From positions 682,001 to 746,000 of the forward strand of contig JBLDXI010000026.1 in NCBI GenBank assembly GCA_047495785.1: a stretch of 64,000 bases of DNA, given 5' to 3'. How positions within the stretch are numbered: the stretch's first letter is position 1; every line of letters begins with the position of its first letter. The translations under genes and the position numbers were made by a program. Source of the stretch: Lepidodermella squamata. Its lineage: Eukaryota; Animalia; Gastrotricha. Positions 24,087 to 34,494 of the stretch are shown piece after piece. The notes under the pieces were generated by a model, which was not told the origin of the DNA, searched no databases, and worked only from the letters and a program-made list of their open reading frames with translations.

Positions 24087-25588
24087 TTAAGAGTCTGTGG
24101 TTGACTTGATGAAAAGTTGTCCAATAAGTTCCTGATTATTGTAGGAATCCGCCAGCATAGATTTTCGAGACTCCTCCACGCTTTTTTGTAGAGCGAGGCA
24201 AACTTCTCCCGTCATAATCAGAGCGTTTTGTGCACATTCCGCTGTCGCTTCGTAAGGTCGGCAAGCTTCCTGACTGCTGTGCATGTTGAACGCTGTGAGT
24301 ATCAGTCGCCTGATTTTCGATAAACGCTCGCTATTTGCTACGGCTTGGCCTAAAACAGAAATGTTAATAAAAAAAATGAAAAATTAAAATTCGAGCATGT
24401 CTTACTTTGAAAAAGAAGGGAACTGATGAAAAGAGCACACTCGACTAAAGAGGGGTTCCAAGCTTCGAATGTATCCCGGCATTTCTCAGATACATGAATC
24501 GTTGGCTGCAGAAACAACAAATATATGCTCGCGGTTAGTGTGGGCAAATCAAAGCTAAACCTCGTATTCCGGCATGACTTTGAGCACGAATGAAAGGATA
24601 TTGCTGTTCATATCGAATTTCGCGATTGTGTTACAGGGCAGCGAAGAATAGGCTACTTCGATTGGAACCGCGCCTTGACTGACAATGAGATTGGTCTCGT
24701 CAGTGGTCAATCCAAAGTAATCTACATGAGAATGCTGATAAACCTTTAAAGTTATTTCTGATAAGTACCTTTGAAAAATGAGCCATAATTACTGGCGATC
24801 TCAGCAATTTTCTCAACTTGTTTACAGCCGAGTTTCATATGAATATCAAGATTATACTCCGATCCTGAGTAAGTTTTCAGCGGCAACTATAACATTGAAA
24901 TTGAAATGATTCGAAATAATGTGATATATCAATGACTTACGAATTCGAAATCGTGAAGTAGAGTGAAAGCGTGAACTGAACATCTGATTGCGTTCTCTAT
25001 GGCAGTACCATCGTACATGACTATCTCTCGAGGGACACTGTCACAAGACGAAGGCGAACTATACGATGAGTTGACCACGTCAGTAGTGGTATACTCTGGA
25101 TCCGCCGTGGTGTGCTGGTCAACGTTATCGTCCGAGAGCTCGGACTTTACATGCGTTAGAGATAAACGTCTCGCTGTAAATTCAAGATTTTACTAATTTG
25201 AGGTTGATAAAGGCAACCCTCACTTTTCATCCCTGCCTGGAGACATTTCTCGAATCGGCATCTTGCACAGGTTCGACGATCGCCAGATGAGTCTAACGGG
25301 CAGTTGCCATTTCCAGTGCATAACAACTTTTGGTATCTGTCGAAATTTCGACTGAAGAATTTCTAATTGGTAAACTAAATAATTATGAATTTTCAGTTAT
25401 TTGCTAGAAAATTACCTGGCAAGCTTCGCAAACTTTTGGATGGTAACGCTTGCGGCGGGGGACTAGGATCTTGCAAACCTGTTTATCAAATGAATCAAAT
25501 ACACTTCGGAAAGATCATCAATTGTCAGCCATACCTTGCAATAAACAGTCCTATGCTCTTTCTCCTCCTTTGTAATATATTGGGGCAT
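24087..25588 (-). CDS. Divergent nuclear-receptor-like gene, subfamily B copy 1
   Basis: MPQYITKEEKEHRTVYCK|VCKILVPRRKRYHPKVCEACQ|KFFSRNFDRYQKLLCTGNGNCPLDSSGDRRTCARCRFEKCLQAGMK; YDGTAIENAIRCSVHAFTLLH; WNPSLVECALFISSLLF. Confidence 0.83.
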
Positions 25589-26194
25589 GCTATCAAAGTG
25601 CGAAGATCATAGGCATTGTCGTAAAAAAACTAGATGAAAAGTAGAAAAAATGATTATGTATAGCAAGCTAACAAGTACTCAACAGCGAGTGTAGTAAAAA
25701 TAGAAAAAAATTGCGGCGTAGACGAGCACTGTCGTATCGATCAGCACGATGTTATCGATCGCGAGAACTTGTCCTGTGCAGGGGCCATACAATGACAAAC
25801 ATGGCATCGAAAAACCTTATAGTCACCGACAATAATAAGAAACCGGACTTAACGCATGTGATGATCTTAAGTTTTCGAGATGAGAGATGAGAGTTTACGC
25901 CGACATCTGGACATCTCTGGGACGTAGAAATGGAAATTTGAGATGAACTAATTTTGTTAAGCAGCTCACGTGTCATTCCGTGATGTTATACTTTTCGATT
26001 GGACTTTTCAAAGCTCCGCAAGCTCTTTCTGGCTAAAATAGAGCTGTACTTATACCGCAATCTCAAAATTATGATCAACGAGCACGGACTTGAATGAACA
26101 TCAGTATGATCTCACCGACAAAGTTTGTTTTAATGTTCATTTAATGAGACGAAAATAGACAACATGAGGATATATGATACGATAAATTGCTCAA

Positions 26195-27693
26195 CTAACT
26201 TGTGCCATTGAAAAATATATCACTGACAGTTTGTTGGACGCTCGGGTTAAATCTCGTGAACATTCGCCGCACCGAGATTTCAACACTTCGCTGTAAAGCG
26301 GCCGCGTTCTGCTTCGCGAGAACTGTGCTTCGGCAAAGGTGTTTGTTGGTTTCTTCCAGCGGCCTGAAAGGCTGCCTGGCTGCGTGTAAACGGAAAGCTG
26401 TTTGAAGCAGATTGCGCAGTTGAGCAGCCCGAGGGCTTATTGGTTGAGTTTCTCCTGAAACTAACTCATACATGTTCTATTTGTTGAAAATCAATTCGCA
26501 AACCTCCCAGGAACAAAAGATTGAAAAACAAAGCGCATTCGACCAAACTGGGCGACCAGTCATTCATAGCATCGCGAAGAATCGATCCAGCATCGATGGA
26601 AATTTGGTACTCGGGACAAACGCGTAGAAAGCTCTCCAAAATCGACGCGTTAATATCGAATTTCGCCATGTTGTTGCCAGGCAGGGCCGAGTATGCTGCC
26701 ATCATTGGTTTGAACCCGGACTGCATCAGAGCGCGACCTTCGTCGTCCGATAGTCGATAGGAATCTGGCAAAGGAGAGTCTAAAAAAGATACGATTCATT
26801 ACACGGATCAAGGAGCCTACTTTTGATGAAGTCAGCGTAGGCCGCCCCTACTTTAGCCATCTCTAAGGTGTGCTGACCGGCGAGTTCAAAATGCGTCTCG
26901 ATGGTGTAATCAGTACACAGTTTCAACGGCAGCTAAACACGCAATGTAAAGCCTGAGGACATTATAATAAAAAAGGTCCCTTACCAATTCAAAGCCATGA
27001 AGAATTGTGAAAGCAATGACCGACTGCTTTATCGCTGTTTCGATTAGTGAACCATCATGAAGAACTGGATCGCGAACTAATTGCGGTTCGCAAATGGCGG
27101 GCGGACTGTCGAAGGATTCATTCACTGAAAAATCCGTGCTTTTATTGCTGCTGATACTGCTCGATCGGGGTCGCACAATTGCAAGTTGCATTTGGTCGGC
27201 CGATGTTGAATCGCCAGATGCGCCTTCCCCTGAGCTGACATCTTCCTCTTCGTCTTTGAAGGGCTTCCCTTGTCGAGCTGTGAAGGTCAACAAATAAATG
27301 AGAATTATTGAGCCTCGAGAGAAAACTCACATCGCATTCCAGCTAGAACACATTTTTCGAAGCGGCATTTAGGACAGCTTCGACGGTTCGATGAATCGAT
27401 TTCACATTTGGAGTCGCCTCCAGAGCACCTCAACGCATACTGCCGGTTGTGGTTTCGAGAGAAAAATTTCTGAAAAAATGTAAAATAAACAGAAAATCTT
27501 AAGAAAATTCTAGAAAGTTACCTGGCAAGCTTCGCAGTTTTTGGGATGATACCTCTTCCGCCGCGGAACTAGAGCATTGCAAATCTGTAAATTGGCAATT
27601 GATATGTATTTCGCTCGAAAATTAAGGTGAAGTTCATACCCGGCAGTGAATGACACGGCTCTCCTTTTCTTCCTTCGTGTATGTTCGTGGCAT
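26195..27693 (-). CDS. Divergent nuclear-receptor-like gene, subfamily B copy 2
   Basis: MPRTYTKEEKESRVIHCR|ICNALVPRRKRYHPKNCEACQ|KFFSRNHNRQYALRCSGGDSKCEIDSSNRRSCPKCRFEKCVLAGMR; YRLSDDEGRALMQSGF; WSPSLVECALFFNLLFL; QTVSDIFF. Confidence 0.85.
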
Positions 27694-28630
27694 TATTATA
27701 AACTAAGAGCTTCAATATGACCTTTTCATTCAAGTGAAAAATGAGTGAAGCTCGTGCTCGCTCTATATCAAAACATCGTAGCTGCGTATTTTTTATGTGC
27801 CGTAGCAGTAGAACGAGCCGTTAATCGATACGAGGCTTCATTGATTTTGTGCACGAGTTCATACAATTTTGCGTAAAAAAATAGCATGTGAGTAAAAAAC
27901 AGCATTCGAGAGAGGCGAATTTATTGATTCTTGGCATGATAAGTCTGAAAAAATCGATTAGAGTGATTCTGGGTCGATTCGCCAAAATACCAAAAGCCGC
28001 GCGTGCAACATTCTACATTGGTTGAAACTACCTGTGGAGTGAAGCAGCCTGAGATTTCGGGTGGGCTAACGTATTAGATTAACGACTGCGGCATAAGTGC
28101 CTCTGCGTCACCGGAAGTTGGGGAACTTCGGGAGGAAAAAGCTGGCTAGTTCGTCCAGTCGAATTATAATCATTGAATATAATCCTAGAAGTTTACTTCA
28201 AGCTCCTTCATGCCGATAAGCTATAACACAGAATTAATACTTAATACATGGCTATAATAAGCTACTATTGCTATTTTCGCTTGAATTTCATTGGTTTGAA
28301 ATTTGAAACACTCTCAAGCATGAGACCTGTTACTATTAATAAGAACAGACGTATGAACAGACGTATGTCAACCTCAGTAAAATCATCAGGTGGAAAAAGT
28401 CCGCTCTATCATCGATTTATTTGATTGCAAAATATATGAATCATAAATTTAATAAACTAATCACGTTCTAACTGTATGGCACTATGTGTCTTCTAAATAG
28501 ATGACGAATTTTTTAAAGCCAATAAACAACATGGTGAGCAAAAGAAACAGTCACGTGTTGACGTCGGATGAAGCGTTCCGACATTTATATTTAGATGCTT
28601 AGTCTGTGTTCCTAATCACAATGACGAATT

Positions 28631-30186
28631 TCACTCATCAAGCTGGGAGTATAGTTCGGAAAAGGTCGAGGAGACACGGGCTTCACTGGGCGGCGTGCGG
28701 AACGCTTGGTCCATCAGCAGGTTCGCCCGGCTATCGAAAGCATGACTCTTCATAGCTTCGACAACGCCATACAGCTTTTTACACATTTTCGACATGGAAA
28801 ACGTAGCATTGACAAGGTGCTGCTTAGCTTTTTCGAAGGGCCGATCGCCGACACTGCAGCAGTACATATTGAACGCGGCATTGAGCAGGCCTTTCACGCG
28901 ATGGAGCCGATTATTTTTCTTCACGACATCGTCTACAAAAACGCGAATGGTTACAAACATATCATTCATGGAAAGTCGAACCGTGGAAGAATAGCAAACT
29001 GAAGAAAAGGGCGGATTCGACGAGAGATGGATTCCAATCACCAATAACTGAAGAACATTCTTGCGAAGCTACGATGATCGTCTGCAATATGGAAGTTAGT
29101 TCAGGGTTCATGTAATATGGATCATACTCACTTTCAATTCAGGAAAGTAGGTAAGGATATTTGATATAATTCTGAAGTCGATATCAATAACAGACGATGT
29201 GTTGTTCCCAGGCAACATGGAGTACGCTGTTTTTATGGACTTGGCTGCTTCGAATGTAAGAGCTTCCAATTCCTCATCGTTGAAACGATATAATTCTGAA
29301 AATACATCACATCATCCTATCTCGAAAGATTAGGACCACTTTGGCACCTTGCATGAACTTGGCGTATGTTATCGTAATCGAGAAAAATGTGACTGTTTGA
29401 ACCGACATGAGACCAGCTGCCAGTTCGTAGGTCATCTCAGGGCCCTTGTAACACTTTAAAGGAAGCTGGTGATAACAATATTCTTTTGATTATTTTCGTG
29501 AATGAATTGCTGTAGCTTACGGATTCGAACTCGCCCAGCAAAGTGAAAGCATGGATGGAGTGGCGAATTACTTCCTCAATAGCTTTGCCATCATACAGAA
29601 CCGGTTCTTTGTACATCTCGACCGAACAATTTTGATGGCCAACAGTCGCAGCATCCGCTGAAGTGCTGGTGTTGGCGGTGTCTGAATTCATAGTGGAATC
29701 CGACTCGTCAGAATTGCAAGCAAGAAATTCTCTTATCTGCAGCGAGCGTTCACTGATTTTAGCTAGAAAATAAGTTGAGGTTACAAAAATGTGCGAGAAT
29801 AAGGGAACTTACATCTCATTCCAAAGGTAACGCACTTATCGAAGCGGCACTTTCGACAGACTCGACGCCTGTTGACCGATACAACACAATTGTTCGCATC
29901 TGTTCTATTGACGCTAATACATTTTAGCTTTGTTTGCTTGTGGTAGTTGCGGGTGAAGAATTTCTAAAAATTTCATCAGCTTAATTTTGAATAGCTCTTC
30001 TTACCAAATTTTAACCTGACAAGCTTCGCAAACTTTGGGATGGTATCGTTTACGACGGCGCACGCGAACGTCGCAAACCTGGGAATGAAATGTCTTAGGA
30101 TGCATGTTGTGGAAGATATGGCTTACCCCACAAAGCACGATTCTTTTCTCCTTTTCTTCTTGGGAAAAAATCTTGGGTGACGGCAT
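28631..30186 (-). CDS. Divergent nuclear-receptor-like gene, subfamily B copy 3
   Basis: MPSPKIFSQEEKEKRIVLCG|VCDVRVRRRKRYHPKVCEACQ|KFFTRNYHKQTKLKCISVNRTDANNCVVSVNRRRVCRKCRFDKCVTFGMR; PVLYDGKAIEEVIRHSIHAFTLL. Confidence 0.85.
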
Positions 30187-30669
30187 CCCTCTGATGCTTT
30201 TTTTTAGTCAAAAAATAATTTGAGAGCTACAGCAAACACATCGACCGGTATTAACAAGTAGTTTTGATAAGTTATACTTTCAGCCAACGCGTGGACAGGT
30301 TGGACTCTGACAGTGATATTCGGAACCGCAGACATTTTATTGACGAAAATATCTAACTAATTTGAGCTTACTTGCTGCGCGGCATTCATGAACGTGTATG
30401 TTTATCGGAAGTCGATATAAGTAAAAAGGACATTTTTGCAAGGCTGACCACGTACAAAATTGATCTAACGCCAAGTCACATAATTTATCACGATGCCTGG
30501 ATGCCTCCGAAACAGGGCATTTAAAATTACCAAACCGGAAGCATTTGACGTTTCCAGTACATAAATTAATTAGGAATCTATATACGCACCTATCTCAATT
30601 GCCTAGACACAAATAATATGCTAGCTAAAATCTGAAAAGTGCATAGCAGTTTTCATGTTTTCTTATCCA

Positions 30670-30810
30670 AACCTGATAAGCCTCGCAAACTTGGGACAGC
30701 TACGCTTATGCCGGCGAACGCGGATTCGAACGATATTTCTAAGTAGACTGCGGTAATTCGAAGAAATGGTTTACCCCACAAAGCATAATTCTTTGCTCCT
30801 TTGCATCTCT
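30670..30810 (-). pseudogene. 5' remnant (exons 1-2) of a B3/B4-like gene
   Basis: AKEQRIMLCG|...RIRVRRHKRSCP/(frameshift)/VCEAYQ. The fourth zinc ligand Cys is mutated to Tyr. Confidence 0.7.
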
Positions 30811-31502
30811 GAATGCTACTTTTGAATTAAAATGAATGAGATAGTTATATGTAGCAAAAGCGCTGATTGTTGCGACTGATCGTTTCTGTGGCCTCAATTT
30901 GTATTTACTTGTGGACATTTTGGACTTTTCCAGCGATATTTGGAACATTCCTCTTTTTTAGTAGCACGACCTGTTACTTAATTGAGGTTATTAGTGGCAA
31001 TGTGTGTGATTATAAAATATCAATATTTCACGAACGTTCTTGAAAGGCGATCTCGTGCATAATTGATCACAGAGTACATGCACCGCGCTCCCTAGGAGCC
31101 GGCGTGTTAATTGATTACACTTCCTGAATGTCCCTAAAAAAGGGCGCCTTTGCCGCTGAGCCTAACATTCGAACAGTCGAGTGAAAACAGTTGACGTTTC
31201 CAGATCATATTCATTTCAAACGCAGACTTCTATCAAGTGGAGAAAAAGGAATATTTCGAGATTAAATGAAACAGACTTATCGTTTGTGTGTCTGCGTTTT
31301 GTGGAAATTCTATCAATGGAATAAGCTAACTTGGGACATCAAGCCGAACAAAATTTAGGGAAAAAAACTAAAGATAATTGGGACATCTTGTGCCTCTGAC
31401 GTTTCAGTCCCTTCGGAAGTTACCCAAAATAAGTCATAGATGCCTCCTTCAAGATTTATTTTGAAACCGATCGCATGACGACTTAAATGAAAGTATCAAC
31501 TA

Positions 31503-31734
31503 CTGTAGAGCGGTACAATTTTGAACAAGTACAAAGTTGAACATTTTTTCAAAAGTACAATTTTGAACGAACGTTTGCATTGAAAATTTCGTTAATGTTC
31601 AAAATTGTAATTCACACTCACGAAAGTACAATTGTGAACACTTTCATTTTTTTCAATGCAAACGTTCGTTCAAAATTGTACTTTTGAAAAAATGTTCTAA
31701 GTTGTACCCTGTTCAAAATTGTACCGCTCTACGG
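31503..31734. mobile_element. MITE with ~85-bp TIRs and TA target duplication
   Basis: TA|CTGTAGAGCGGTACAATTTTGAACA... and ...TGTTCAAAATTGTACCGCTCTACGG|TA. The motif GTACAATTTTGAAC is reiterated several times in both orientations. Confidence 0.88.
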
Positions 31735-31785
31735 TAGTACATTTATTAAGCGAGTTTTGATTATATCATAGAGAATCACCCTCGG

Positions 31786-33779
31786 TTAGTCTACCTGAGA
31801 ACACAGTTCTGTAAACTTCGACGTGACGCGGGCTTCACTGGGTGGGGTGCGGAACGCTTGATCCATTAGCATGTTGGCTCTTCTGTCAAAAGACCCATCA
31901 CGGCCTGTCATGGCTTCAACAGCATCGCACAGCTTTTTGCACATTTTCGATAAAGATTGCGTTGATGCAACTAGATGTTCCATAGCTTTTTCGTAGGGGC
32001 GATCAGCGGCGCGGGAACAATACATTTTGAACGCGGAATGGAGCAGACCTTTCACACGATAGAGTCGAGGATTCTTCTTCACCACGTCATCTATATAAAA
32101 TGGAAAATAGAAATGTGATTTAATTATTTGTCCATTCTTACCGTGGAAGAACAGTAAGCTGAAGAAAAGGGCAGATTCAACGAGAGATGGATTCCAATCT
32201 CCAAAGACCGAAGAACAATCCTTTGAAGCTTCGACAGTTTCCTAGAAAATTAGCCAATGTTTAAATGCAATTTAAGAAAAAGGTATACTTACCTCTAATT
32301 CTGGGAAGTAATGAAGGATAGCCGGTAATATTTTGTAGTCAATATCGACAATAGACGAAGTGTTATTGCCAGGTAGAACTGAGTAAGCAGTTTTCAGCGA
32401 CTTGGCTGCTTCGAAAGTGAGAGCTTCCAATTCGTCATCATTAAACCTGTAGATGTCTAAAAGATGAGAGCAAAAAATTTCAACTTCAAAGCAAAGCTGA
32501 ATCTTCTTACCTTGCATAAATTTGCAGTATGCTACTGTCACTGAGAAAAATTTGATAGTTTGAGCCGACATGAGGCTAGACGCAGATTGAAAGTTTAATG
32601 CCGGGCCTTTGTAACGCTTCATAGGTAACTAGAGTTAGATAGCATAATTATAAGCAGTTTTAATCTAAGATGAAAAAAAATTACGGAATCGAAGTCGCTC
32701 AGTAAGGTGAAGGCATGAATTGAGTGCCGCATAACTTCCTCGATTTCAGTGCCGTCGAACAATATTGGTTCTTTGTACAGCTCAATTGAAGATTGGCTTT
32801 GGTCGAGATCCGGATTATCAGCCTTGGTGCTTGCATTCGACGAAGAACCTGACTTCTCAGGTTCGCTTGTAGTGCCGAGAAGTAAATCGGTGATCTGCAT
32901 CGAGCGTTCACTGATTTTAGCTGAAATGATTAAGAATGCAAGTGGAATTTATCTATAAGGATGGGTTTTAGGTCAATAAATTGCTGACATGTCAATCAGA
33001 CAAAAAAGTTGGCACTTTAGACGTTATTTTCCAGTCTGGAAGACGGCTGGCACGCGATCGTGTTTTGCGTCCAGGCATGTATTTTCAGATGCGCAATTCT
33101 ATACCGATTCATTCCTTAGTGACACGCGCGGATTAGCTCTGGGTTACTTGCAAAATAACTATTCGCTCGCCCTTTGAAATAAGGAATTTGCATACACAAA
33201 TTTAAACGACATTCTTAGATGATGGCGGCATAAAATAATATAAAAAATTTTGGGGTAATAAATACGAAATATTATGAATTTTTTTTGCTATTACTTCGTT
33301 CGAACGAGAAATCAACGGAAAACAATTGCGAAATAAACTGGTGGTTTCCAGCGCCTTTCAACAAAATTAGGTCATAATCATAATTCTTATGCACTCACAT
33401 TTCATTCCGAAAGCAATACACTTGTCGAAGCGGCATTTTCGACAAACTCGTCGCTTTGTGGCTGATACGGCGCACATGTTCGCGTTCTTCGCATTGAGTG
33501 CAGAACATTTCAGTTTAGACTGAATATGATAGGTGCGAGTGAAGAATTTCTGAAAATTGAAACAATTTGTTCATTATCCAGTTCAATCTGTTTATATAAT
33601 AAAAACCTGGCAAGCCTCGCAAACTTTGGGGTGGTATCGCTTACGTCGACGAACTGAAACCCCGCAAATCTGGGAATGATATATTGCACGTCGTAGTTAT
33701 TTACGAAATATAGGTAATTCCTTACCCCACAAAGAACAATTCTTTGCTCCTTTTCTGCTTGGCTAAATACCTTTGGCAT
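31786..33779 (-). CDS. Divergent nuclear-receptor-like gene, subfamily B copy 4
   Basis: MPKVFSQAEKEQRIVLCG|ICGVSVRRRKRYHPKVCEACQ|KFFTRTYHIQSKLKCSALNAKNANMCAVSATKRRVCRKCRFDKCIAFGMK. Close paralogue of B3; intron 3 is enlarged to about 480 nt. Confidence 0.85.
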
Positions 33780-34494
33780 TGCTGCATGCGACTTTTGAGA
33801 AAGAAAATTCATTAAGCAGTTTCAGCGAAAAATCCGGGGGACATTGACCACAGATAATTGCGAATTGCTGTGGACATCTTGTACATTTTTTCCGAGTTAT
33901 ATTTAGGGCCGCAAAAAAATGTTTACTGCTCTGAGAATGCTCAAGTACAACGCGGTGTGTTTACGAATGTGTGTGCTTATCGGAAATCGATAAAGCACGA
34001 ACTTTTCGGAATAGCAAATCGCGTGCCAATTTGCACCCGGTAACTGTGCGCTTCAATTGATCGCGCCCTTTTTCTTACCCAGCATTCAATAAAGTATAGT
34101 ATCACCTCCTCCCTCACACATCAAATATTTCTAGGTCAATTTGGACGTATAATACTACATCAATATTCGAGGACAAAAAATAGAGGCATTAAGCCGGAAG
34201 CGTCATAAACTGCCGTGGTTGAATAAAAGAATTTATTGGCCTTAATCATTAGACAGAGATGACTGAATCAGAACATTTAAGCGAATTAATATGATACATT
34301 TTACTCCCCCAAGTCCTAATAATCCAATAATCCTGCTCCAAAAATGGTCATAGCCTACTGCATCAGATGATAGAACCTCCCTCAACATGTTAAAGCATCA
34401 TGGGTTATGATTAAATAATTAAAATATTGCCGGTCACAGATTTTTCGTGGAATTATTCCAGTCATGCGCTTTCACGGGACTTCGTAAGTGTGGT

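Noticed and set aside
31501-31736. Reiterated 14-mer as a CRISPR-like array
   Set aside because: The units occur in both orientations inside a TIR palindrome, spacing is irregular, the context is eukaryotic and there are no cas genes.
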